A program made the translations under genes and the position numbers. The notes beneath the pieces are model-generated. The model was given only the letters and a program-made list of their open reading frames with translations, had not been told where the DNA came from and did not search any database. A DNA stretch of 63,758 nt, the filler included, from Octopus bimaculoides (lineage: Eukaryota), in assembly GCF_001194135.2 (NCBI RefSeq). It is 6 parts of 6 records of this genome, joined end to end, with 100 filler letters (N's around TTAATTAATTAA, not from the genome) between each part and the next. Parts side by side here need not be neighbours in the genome. Positions count along the whole stretch, not along the records: positions 1 to 22,612 come from NC_068982.1; 5 more parts are not named here. The stretch is one strand, 5' to 3'. Within the stretch, counting starts at the first letter, position 1, and the number at the start of each line of letters is the position of its first letter. Positions 12,771 through 22,249 of the stretch are shown here, piece by piece.

Positions 12771-13193
12771 GGCGTAGCTGTGTGGTAAGTAGTTTGCTTC
12801 CCAACCACATGGTTCTAGATTCAGTCCCACTGCGTGACACCCTGGGCAAGTGTCTTCTACTATAGCTTCAGTCCAACCAAAGCCTAGTGAGTGGATTTGG
12901 TAGACGGAAACTGAAAGAAGCCCATCATATATATGTATATATGCGTATATCTGTGTGTGTGAATGTGTGTGTGTCTTTGTGTCTTGTTTGACCCCCACTA
13001 CCACTTGACAACCGACATTGGTGTGTTTTGCCCCTATAACTTAGCAGTTCAGCAAAGGGACTAATGCAAAAAGTACTAGGTTTTAAAAAAAGAAAAAAGG
13101 TCCTGGGGTTGATTTGCTCAACTAACATCCTTCACAGCAGTGCTCCAGCATGGCTGCAATTGAGTGACTGAAACAAGTTAAAAGTAAAAAAAG
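12771..13193 (+). mobile_element. Family C tRNA-headed SINE, full length, with internal (TA)/(TG) microsatellite
   Basis: Head ggcgtagctgtgtggtaag..ggttctagattcagtccc, CORE-like ccctgggcaagtgtctt, internal microsatellite, A-rich tail. Confidence 0.8.
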
Positions 13194-13211
13194 TACATAC
13201 ATGGATGTTCT

Positions 13212-13422
13212 TTTCGACTCTTGGCTCAAGGCCCGAAATTTTGAGGGAGGGTGCCAGTCGATTAGATCGACCCTAGTATGCTTCTGGTACTTAATTTATC
13301 GACCCCAAAAGGATGAAAGGCAAAGTCGACGTCAGTGGAATTTGAACTCAGAACGTGAAGAATGACGAAATATCGCTAAGCATTTTGCCCGGCATGCTAA
13401 CATTTCTGCCAGCTTGCTGCCT
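13212..13422 (-). mobile_element. Family B SINE
   Basis: Reverse-complement homologue of 9241-9470. Confidence 0.8.
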
Positions 13423-13440
13423 GTATGCTGTGTGTGTGCT

Positions 13441-13667
13441 ATTTCTTTACTGCCCACAAGGGACTACACACAGAGGGGACAAACAAGGACAGGCAAACAG
13501 ATTAACTCAATTATATCGACCCTAGTGCGTAACTGGTACTTATTTAATCGACCCTGAAAGGATGAAAGGCAGAGTCCACCTTGGCGGAATTTGAACTCAG
13601 AACATAGTGGCAGACGAAATACCGCTAAGCATTTCGCCCGGCGTGCTAACATTTCTGCCAGCTCGCC

Positions 13668-13668
<1 letters not shown>
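13441..13668 (-). mobile_element. Family B SINE (variant tail) between TG repeats
   Basis: Intact A/B boxes on the minus strand; tail ...ccttgtgggcagtaaagaaatag. Confidence 0.8.
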
Positions 13669-13742
<74 letters not shown>

Positions 13743-13803
13743 TGTGTGTGTGTGTGTGTTGTGTGTCTGTGTGTCTGTGTGTGTGTAATGTATGTGTGTG
13801 TGT
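13669..13803. repeat. (TG)n microsatellite
   Basis: Direct inspection. Confidence 0.95.
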
Positions 13804-13898
13804 GAGAAAAGGTTGAATTCTATTTCATTCTTTACTTTATATTTCATTGGTAGCTTACTGGTGTAAGAATTTTGCAAATATGAAAATCCTATAAGTAT

Positions 13899-14035
13899 AA
13901 GGTGTGTTATGAGAATTTATAGAACAAGTATCCTATAGAAACTCAACAAACAGTTAAAGATGAAGAAGAGAAGACGTTAAAAGTATGTTGAGTTTCTATA
14001 GGATACTTGTTCTATAAATTCTCATAACACACCTT
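13899..14035. repeat. Perfect 50-bp inverted repeat with 37-nt spacer
   Basis: 13899-13948 is the exact reverse complement of 13986-14035. Confidence 0.95.
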
Positions 14036-14147
14036 TATATAGGGCTTTCCTATAAGTAGGTTATCTCCCTTGGTTAGGCGGCGCTCCATGTAGATAATTA
14101 AACTTCCGGAGGCTACCCACGCCATTGTTATTGTTTTACGTCTTATC

Positions 14148-14395
14148 ATGGATATAAAGCAGCTTGATGATTCAGCTATCGAAGTACTTACTGTGCCTGA
14201 GTTAAAGAAATATTTAAGATTATATGGACAGTATGTTACTGGAAGAAAGGCGGACTTGACTGAAAGGTTGAAAGGAATAAAAATTCTGTCGATGAAGAAT
14301 GTCAACAAAGTAAATTCATCGGACGATAAGTCTGAAGTATCGGACGATAAGTCTGAAGTATCGGACGATACTTCAGACAGGAATAAGCAGAAGCT
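14148..14395 (+). CDS. SAP-domain-containing ORF, 5' part only (runs into gap); probably transposon-borne
   Basis: LTVPELKKYLRLYGQYVTGRKADLTERL fits the SAP consensus (L.V.ELK..L...G....G.K..L..RL); followed by SDDKSEV repeats. The part of the supplied ORF after the gap is SINE sequence. Confidence 0.55.
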
Positions 14396-14875
14396 NNNNN
14401 NNNNNNNNNNNNNNNNNNNNNNNNNNNNNNNNNNNNNNNNNNNNNNNNNNNNNNNNNNNNNNNNNNNNNNNNNNNNNNNNNNNNNNNNNNNNNNNNNNNN
14501 NNNNNNNNNNNNNNNNNNNNNNNNNNNNNNNNNNNNNNNNNNNNNNNNNNNNNNNNNNNNNNNNNNNNNNNNNNNNNNNNNNNNNNNNNNNNNNNNNNNN
14601 NNNNNNNNNNNNNNNNNNNNNNNNNNNNNNNNNNNNNNNNNNNNNNNNNNNNNNNNNNNNNNNNNNNNNNNNNNNNNNNNNNNNNNNNNNNNNNNNNNNN
14701 NNNNNNNNNNNNNNNNNNNNNNNNNNNNNNNNNNNNNNNNNNNNNNNNNNNNNNNNNNNNNNNNNNNNNNNNNNNNNNNNNNNNNNNNNNNNNNNNNNNN
14801 NNNNNNNNNNNNNNNNNNNNNNNNNNNNNNNNNNNNNNNNNNNNNNNNNNNNNNNNNNNNNNNNNNNNNNNNNNG

Positions 14876-15093
14876 GACAAACACAGACACACAAACATAC
14901 ACACACACACACACATATATGCATATATACAACGGGCTTCTTTCAGTTTTCATCTACCAAATCCACTCACAAAGCTTTGGTCGGCCCGAGGCTATAGTTG
15001 AAGACACTTGCCTAAGGTGTCACACAATGGGACTGAACCTGGAACCATGTGGTTGGTAAGCAAACTACTTACCACACAGCCATTCCTATGCCT
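14876..15093 (-). mobile_element. Family C SINE 5' half
   Basis: Head and core; ends at the internal microsatellite / gap. Confidence 0.78.
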
Positions 15094-15099
15094 ATATAT

Positions 15100-15352
15100 A
15101 TTATTTACATTATTTACATTTGATGGATATTTGTCCTCATCTTGTTTGTTGTTAACACAATGTTTCAGCTGATATACTCTCCAGCCTTCATCAGGTGTCT
15201 TGGGGAAATTTCTTATTCCTAAGGTATTTTTTTATGATGTTGTTGTTATTATTATCATTATTATTATTATTATTATTATGGTCAGTGCCTGGAATTGAAC
15301 TCGGAATCTTGGGTTTAGTAGCCCATGCTCTTAACCACTACGCCATATGCCC
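15100..15352 (-). mobile_element. tRNA-headed element with (AAT)n spacer and hammerhead-containing 3' part
   Basis: A-box TGGCGTAGTGG, B-box GAGTTCAATTCC, then (AAT)n, then acacCTGATGAaggctg..cagctGAAACATTgtgt, ending (atgtaaata)2. Confidence 0.7.
15155..15198 (-). ncRNA. Minimal type-I hammerhead ribozyme fold (this copy carries two probable CpG-decay changes)
   Basis: Stem I acac/gtgt, core CUGAUGA, stem II ggcug/cagcu, GAAAC, then AUU where ACGU-type palindromic stem III (GUH) is expected. Confidence 0.65.
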
Positions 15353-15371
15353 GTGGGCATATGTAAGTATA

Positions 15372-15560
15372 TGAGGGGTTGCTGAAAAGTTCCTGGGCTT
15401 GAGTAAAAAAATCTGCAGGAGGATCATTTAATTATAATTTTATTCAACATATTCTCTTCTCAGATTCATACACGTATTGCAGCAGCCCGTCACTTTTTCT
15501 AAGACCTGTAAAAGAACTCACAAGGTAGGGCTTACAACCAAGCCTTTCATGATAACCTTA
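15372..15560 (+). mobile_element. Mariner-like element left end
   Basis: TA|(C>T)GAGGGGTTGCTGAAAAGTTCC mariner-type TIR start; no matching right TIR found. Confidence 0.5.
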
Positions 15561-15831
15561 ACCCTTCAGCATTTAAATTTCTTTGACAACTTTATTGCTT
15601 ATTTATTCAGATCGTTTTGATATAAACAAGTATTATTATCTTGTAGCTTCAATATCACAATGATATGATTGTATAAATTTGTTTATGCATTTATTATATC
15701 AGATATAAAGCAACAAATACAGTCATCACTAAAGTGACAGAGGGTATTAGTGAGCAGCAGTAAGAGTCAAAACAACTCTTAGCCACATGAGAGCACTTTT
15801 CTAATGACTGACATGGGAGACATATAATATA

Positions 15832-16378
15832 TCATCATCATCATCATCATTGTTTAACGTCCGCTTTCCATGCTAGCATGGGTTGGACGATTTGACTGAG
15901 GACTGGCGAACAAGATGGCTGCACCAGGCTCCAATCTGATCTTGCAGAGTTTTTACAGCCGGATGCCTTTCCTAACACCAACCACTCTGAGAGTGTAGTG
16001 GGTGCTTTTACGTGCCACCTGCACGAGGGCCAGTCAGGCGGTACTAGCAACGGCCACGCTCAAATGGTGTTTTTATGTGCCACCTACGCAAGAGTCAGTC
16101 CAGCGGCACTGGCAACGACCTCGTTTGAATGTTTTGTTCATGTGCCACCGGCACAAGTTCCAGTAAGGCGACGCTGGTAACAATCACATTCAAATGGTGC
16201 TTTTTACATGCCACCGACACAGAAGCCAGACCGCTGCTCTGGCAGTGATCCCGCTCGGATGGTGCTGTTAGTGCGCCACTGGCATGGGTGCCAGTCATCG
16301 AATTTGGTTCAGTTTCGATTTCACTTGCCCCAACAGGTCTTCACAAGCAGAATTTAGTATCCAATGAAGGAAGGTTGG
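15832..16378 (-). mobile_element. Family A RTE-tail element, full length, plus partial duplication to ~16433
   Basis: Same architecture and 5' terminus as 7413-7962. Confidence 0.82.
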
Positions 16379-16806
16379 CATGGGTGCCAGTCGTTGAATT
16401 TGGTTCGATTTCAATTTCACTTGCCTCAACAGACACACACACACATGTGAATTGGTATATGAGTATGTATGTTTGTGTGTGCATAATGTACTCTTCTGTT
16501 GATGGTGCAGAAGGAGCATCCAGTTTTCAACTCAAGGATCTATTTATTGAATTAACTTGTAATTCTACAGACTTGTGTTTCACATAGCCTTAATATTTCA
16601 GGATGAAATAATGTATGACAATGCAGAACCTATGAATTGGTAGACACAGGATTACAGACCTGTGTCTACCAGACAAGCTTCTCAAAGTTGCTGAAAGTGT
16701 GTATACATACATATATGATGGAAGTCAATTCATGGTCAACTAAGACCACTTCCTAAACTTAGTAAGTCCTTGTAAACATTTCTAAGGGTCCAAAAACTTC
16801 TTGTGC

Positions 16807-16868
16807 TTAAATTTGCTTTGAGCGGATAAAGCCTTGCACATCATTGAACCCACTTTTCAGTGAATCAG
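16807..16868 (-). CDS. Candidate terminal coding exon ((T)DSLKSGFNDVQGFIRSKQI*)
   Basis: Follows a 78-nt GT..AG intron (16869-16946); TAA at 16807-16809; minus-strand AATAAA at 16543-16548. Confidence 0.4.
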
Positions 16869-16946
16869 CTTTAAAACCAATGGCAACAACAGTTTGAGTT
16901 AATCAGAAACCAACTGCACTTTCAGTTTTTATACAAGTTTACCTAC

Positions 16947-17024
16947 TTCTTGAAGGAAGTTCAAATGAGAACGAGAGGTCCTTCACTCCAAGTGGCTCAT
17001 ATGCTTCTGAGATGGTGGGTATAA
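16947..17024 (-). CDS. Candidate penultimate coding exon of an unidentified gene (xIPTISEAYEPLGVKDLSFSFELPSR)
   Basis: Minus-strand acceptor ttttcctgttcctttaag and donor AA|GTAGGT; 78 nt, phase 1/1, open frame; joins in frame to 16807-16868. Confidence 0.42.
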
Positions 17025-17056
17025 CTTAAAGGAACAGGAAAACAAAACCAAAGCAG

Positions 17057-17226
17057 GACAAGCTTATCAGATCATTTAAAATATATTAATTAATGTTTTA
17101 ATTAATGTAGAAGTGAATCAAAGTAACAAAAAGTAAAAGTAAGCATAAATCAATTCACCTCTAATTAAAACATTAATTCCCCTCCGTAATTAATTAAAAT
17201 ATTTTAAATGGTCTGATAAGCTTGTC
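17057..17226. repeat. 170-bp foldback / MITE-like inverted repeat
   Basis: Outer arms gacaagcttatcaga(t/c)catttaaaata (27 bp, 1 mismatch) plus inner arms attaatgttttaatta..gtgaat; no TSD seen. Confidence 0.8.
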
Positions 17227-17227
17227 G

Positions 17228-17560
17228 GCCGTTGCCAGTACTGCCTGACTGGTCTTTGTAGGATTTTCGAGCGAGATTGTTGCCAGTGCCCCTGGACTGG
17301 CTCTTGTGCGGGTGGCACATAAAATACACCATTTTGAGCGTGGCCGTTGCCAGTACCGCCTGACTGGCCTTCGTGCAGGTGACACGTAAAAGCACCTACT
17401 ACACTCTCTGAGTGGTTAGCGTTAGGAAGGGCATCCAGCTGTAGAAACTCTGCCAAATCAGATTGGAGCCTGGTGTTGCCATCCGGTTTCACCAGTCCTC
17501 AGTCAAATCGTCCAAACCATGCTAGCATGGAAAGCAGACGTTAAACGATGATGATGATGT
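17228..17560 (+). mobile_element. Family A RTE-tail element, 5'-truncated
   Basis: Homology to family A; (GAT)n tail. Confidence 0.82.
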
Positions 17561-17617
<57 letters not shown>

Positions 17618-17620
<3 letters not shown>

Positions 17621-17780
17621 TCAACATCATCATCAACATAATCGTTTAATGTCCACCTTCCACGATGGCATGGGTTGGATGGTTTGACAGGAGCTTGCTA
17701 AGCAGGACCCTACACCAGACTTCCATGTCTGCTTTGGCACAGTTTTTACAGTTGGATGCCTTTCCTGACTCCAACCACCC
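17618..17780 (-). mobile_element. Older RTE-type tail, tail-to-tail with the previous element across (TA)n
   Basis: atcgtttaatgtccaccttccacgatggcatgggttgg. Confidence 0.6.
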
Positions 17781-17784
17781 ATAG

Positions 17785-18218
17785 ACGTGGTTATTGGGTA
17801 AAAAGTTTACTTCCCAATTTCATAGTTTGAGTTCAATCCGCTATGTGTCATCTTGGGTAAGTGTCTTCAACAGTAGTTTTAGGTTGACCAAAGACACATA
17901 GAAGATGGAACTTTGAACTATTTAAAATTTAGTTTAAAATGAAGATTGTGTGTGTGTGTGTGTGTGTCTGTGTTACTGTCTCCTTGTCTTGACATTGTGT
18001 GATAGTTGTAAAAGAATGTCATTGCCATGCAAGTGATGTGTTTCATTTCCAATCTTCCATGAAAACATGTCTGGTCATGGGGATATATTACCTTACTCAG
18101 AAACAGGTGAGGGTTAATGACAGGAAAGGCATCTAGCCATAAAAAAAATCTATCTCCAACAAATTCTGTCTCAATCATGCTGACATGAAAAAGTTGACTT
18201 TAAAACAATGATAATGAT
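17785..18218 (+). mobile_element. SINE with family C head and RTE-type tail (C2)
   Basis: Decayed C head/core and internal TG run, then gaaacaggtgagggttaatgacaggaaaggcatc..aaaacaatgataatgat. Confidence 0.6.
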
Positions 18219-18236
18219 ATATATATATATACATAC

Positions 18237-18295
<59 letters not shown>

Positions 18296-18749
18296 CGTGT
18301 GCATGTGTGTGTTGTATGTGTGCATATGTATGTGTGCATGTGTGTGTTGTATGTGTGCATGTGTATGTGTGCGTGTGTGTGTGTGCATGTGTGTACAGAG
18401 ATATATAAACAGTGTAGAAGTTTGACAGGCAGACTATGGACCATATTTATACTTCAAAGGTCTGGCTTTGTTACATTGTGTGATACTGATTCTATTTAAA
18501 ACATCACTTTGGACACATGATACACGGTACACATGGCTGACAAATTCTCAGCCTCTCCACATAATAATTCAGTGAAGATCATTCACAATAGCTGAGTCCA
18601 TCACACACATGCACATGTGCATACACACACATGCACATGTGCATACACACACACAAACACAGACATACACAAATATACATACATACAAACATACATACAT
18701 ACATACATATATGCATGCAATTATATATATATATATATATATATATTTT

Positions 18750-18895
18750 GATCATATCAAAGGAGTTTAAGACCAGTTCTTCCTGGGAACTCCTTTGCGC
18801 TGATGGCCTAGTTCTCATAGTTGAATCTCTTGATTTATAAATAATTTCAAAATAGGGAAGCAAAGGCAAGAGTACAGAGGTCTCAAAGTTAATAC
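18750..18895 (+). mobile_element. RTE RT-core fragment
   Basis: SKEFKTSSSWELLCADGLVLIVES. Confidence 0.65.
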
Positions 18896-19322
18896 ATGTA
18901 CTTATTTTTAAGCCTTTGCTCCCTATGGAGCTGTTATTGCATCTAGGCTGTCTTTTCAGGATACTCCCTTAGTATGGGAAACACCATATGTTTCCCCAAG
19001 GGAAGGCCTTCCTCTCCCAGCTTTTGTTGATTTTAGATTGTCGTTGATGCTTTCTAGGTAGGGGTGTTAGCCTGACACAAACACATTTTTACCTCTGGGA
19101 AAAGGTGGTCAATATTAATCTGGCTTCTACTCTTTGGCCTGTCCAGTGTGGAAGGCCCTACCACATAAGATCATCATCATTATCATTGTTTAATGTCCAG
19201 CTGCTCTTCTCACATGGGTTGGATGTTTCGACAGAATCTGAGAGCCTGGAAGACTGTGCTTGGCTTGAATGTCTACTTTAGCAAGATTTTTATGACTGGA
19301 TACCATTCTTAGAGTATGTGGA

Positions 19323-19460
19323 GGTGGATGGCTTAGTGGTTAGAGTGTTGGACTCATGATCATAAGGATGTGATTTCAATTCCTGGAGTTGCTCCATCCA
19401 CTCAGATGGTAAAAAAACGAGTAATCCTGCAATGGACCAGCGTCCTGTCCAGGGAGGAAT
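19323..19460 (+). mobile_element. tRNA-headed SINE fragment with V-domain-like body
   Basis: tggcttagtggtt A-box, atttcaattcc B-box, cctgcaatggaccagcgtcctgtccaggg. Confidence 0.5.
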
Positions 19461-19744
19461 TTAGGATCTAGTGTGTTTTTTCATTTGCAAAATGTGCATT
19501 TTTTTTAAAAGGAAGTAAAAAATTTGAAAATCAGCAATAATAATGTAGTTTTCCAGTTTCATTGTTATAAAGGTATGATGTTGTGGAGAAAAAAAAATTG
19601 GAGGAAAGAGTTACAGAGGTTTAAAGATTGGAAAAACTCTGTGTTTTTAGCCAATAGTGAGACAGAATCTCATAGTGTGAAGAACCAAGTGTGAAAAATC
19701 AACATAGACAACAGCAGCACAGACAACAGTGAACCACAACACAG

Positions 19745-19898
19745 CGTGCCCACTACTGGGGCACTGCACACATCCTACGCAAAACACTTTTAATACAGTG
19801 ACCATAAGAGCATCACAGCAAACCACAGCACATATCCAAGGCACACAGAGCTGCGCTCGGTAGTGAAGTGAAAGCACGTTATAAAAATAAAACTACTG
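19745..19898 (+). mobile_element. R4/Dong-like LINE 3' end (ORF end + 3' UTR) running into (AAT)n
   Basis: Homologous to 20270-20422; followed directly by (AAT)n at 19899-19956. Confidence 0.7.
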
Positions 19899-19920
19899 AA
19901 TAATAATAATAATAATAATG

Positions 19921-19956
<36 letters not shown>

Positions 19957-20422
19957 GACCAGACTGGGATATGCCAATACACACAGATAGAGAAATCAAG
20001 GCTTATAGACCAGATATAGTTGCCAAAGAACACCAAAAAAAAAAAACGCCTTCTAATCGATGTATCAATACAAACAGATGACAATGTATCTCTAAAAGAA
20101 ATGGAGAAACTCTCAAAATACAAAGATCTGGAAATATGGGTAACCTGAATGTGGAGCCTAAAACCAGAAACAATCCCTATGATAATAGGTGCATTAGATA
20201 TGATTAAAAAACACTCAGACAAATACATAGCCAAAACACCAGGACTTATGAATGTATATAACATACAGAAAATAGCACTACTAGGTACCATGCTCATCCT
20301 GTGTAAAGCTCTTTCAATACAGTGAAAATAAGAGCACCGCAACAAAACACAGCACATACCCAAGGCACTCAGAGCTTCACTCAGTAGTGCAGTGAAAGCA
20401 CAAGATGAAAATAAGACAACTG
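19957..20422 (+). mobile_element. R4/Dong-like LINE 3' fragment encoding an RLE endonuclease, flanked by AAT repeats
   Basis: WDMPIHTDREIKAYRPDIV..LLIDVSIQTDDNVSLKEMEKLSKYKDL..IPMIIGAL (PD..D..K); stop at 20323-20325; 3' UTR ends actgAATAAT. Confidence 0.82.
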
Positions 20423-20439
20423 AATAATAGTAATAATGG

Positions 20440-20745
20440 TTTCAAGTTTTGGCACAAAGCCAGCAATTTTGAGGGAGGAGATAAGTTGACTGCATTCAAC
20501 TGGTACTTATTGACCTCTTAAAGATGAAAGGCAAAGTCAACCTAAACAGAATTTGAACTCAGATCACAACAATGGACGAAATGCCACTATGGATTTCGCC
20601 TGGCTTGCTAATGATTCACCTTTTTTGAAATTTTGTATGAGAGGGCAAGTCAGTTATATTGACCCCAGTACTTGACTGGTACTTTATTTCATCAACCCTG
20701 AAAGGATGAAAGGCAAAGTCAACCTCAGTGGAAAATGAACTCAAA
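20440..20745 (-). mobile_element. Two decayed family B SINE copies
   Basis: Two gatgaaaggcaaagtcaacct cores. Confidence 0.65.
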
Positions 20746-20866
20746 CAACTAATAAAGTAAGTTAGAAAACACTGACTTACAAAAGCTGGAGCTATAATTT
20801 ATTTACAAATACCATAGAAAATGATCAATGCTTACAGAGGTAACAGGTATTATTATATGATTCAAA

Positions 20867-21150
20867 GGTGGCAAACTGGCAGAAATGTTAGCACACTGGG
20901 TGAAATGCTTAGCAGTATTTCATCTGTCTTTACGTTCTGAGTTCAACTTTGCCTTTCATCCTATCGGGGTTGATAAATTAAGTACCAGTTGCGTACCGGG
21001 GTCGATCTACACCAGGCTCCAATCTGATCTGGCAGAGTTTCTACAGCTGGATGCTCTTCCTAACGCCAATCCCTCCAAGAGTGTAGTGGGTGCTTTTACA
21101 TGCTACCGGCACAAAGGCCAGTCAGGCGGTACTGGCAATGGCCACACTCA
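20867..21150 (+). mobile_element. Family B SINE 5' part (20867-21007) joined to a reverse-oriented internal family A fragment (21008-21150)
   Basis: Abrupt switch at ggggtcgatc|tacaccaggctcc. Confidence 0.7.
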
Positions 21151-21231
21151 TATATGTTAAGTAGCACATGTTTAGGGAAATAATTTTCTCTCTAAGATTC
21201 AAACAATACTGGGAATTCACACACAGGTTAA

Positions 21232-21445
21232 CCCTTTAGCATTCAGATTACTTTATCAAATGAAATGCTTATTAATTCACAATATTTAGAATTAATCATA
21301 CACAATTTCATAGCTTCAAGATGTCAATGATGTGATTATTTATTTTTAGAATGATATTGTAGGGTTGGTGTGAGATCCCAAATCTGGCTTGTTTGAACAT
21401 AGATAGAGGAAATAGAAGATTTTGGCTGGATTAAATACTGAATGG
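21232..21445. mobile_element. piggyBac-like MITE, decayed
   Basis: TTAA|CCCTTTAGCATT ... AATACTGAATGG|TCAA; a similar left end occurs at ~15558. Confidence 0.45.
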
Positions 21446-21741
21446 TCAAATCAATATATGGTTTCTACTTAAGATTCTTATTGACAAAGATTTCTGGCAA
21501 TTTTAAATAATCAGCATTTTCTTTTATGCTATTGTGAAATTCAAACTTTCTCATTGAGCTCAAAGGCGTGTGTTTTATCATAAAGATGACTAAGCATATG
21601 AATTTCAATTTTGAGATATGAGAAAGAAAGCTTATTTCCTGTTTAAAAGTTCATTATTTATACTTTTTGCATTTGCTTTATTTAGTTCTAAAAGCATAGC
21701 AGAATTAATCAGTGATGTGTTTATATTATTGCTATTATTAC

Positions 21742-21950
21742 TGAGCTGGCAGAATCATTAGCATGTCAGGCGAAACGCTTAGCAATATTTCGTCTGCCAC
21801 TACATTCTGACTTCAAATTCTGTCGAGGTCAACTTTGCCTTTCATCCTTTTGGGGTCAATAAATTAAGTACCAGTTGAATATGGAGGTCAATGTAGTCGA
21901 CACATCCCCTCCCCCAAAATGGTTGCACTTGTGGTAAAATTTGAAGCCAT
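21742..21950 (+). mobile_element. Family B SINE
   Basis: tgagctggcagaatcattagc..ctttgcctttcatccttttggggtcaataaattaagtaccag. Confidence 0.78.
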
Positions 21951-22249
21951 TACTAAAATTTGAAGCCATGACTGTTCATGGCTTTGGTATGATTTGATAA
22001 GCTTTCTCCATACTGATGAGTTTTTGCTGGTGTTTGCCTTTTATTATGATCAATTCCTTTCCTTCATTTTCCTTTTAGCAGTATCTTTGAATCACAATTG
22101 TCCACAGTTCCTTTTCCCCTTTCATTATTTGGAGTAAAGGAGTTGTCTGCTGTTGTCTATCCTATGTTTGTGTCCCAACCAATGTAAACTTTTTAGTTGA
22201 ATGTTGGTTATACATCTTTAGATGTATACCTGACTTTCCTACTATAAAA

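Noticed and set aside
15280-15352. Possible tRNA gene (also heads at 9241 and 48244)
   Set aside because: Acceptor stem does not close, the anticodon arm is imperfect, there is no T-run terminator, and each continues into a repeat body; these are SINE-type heads.
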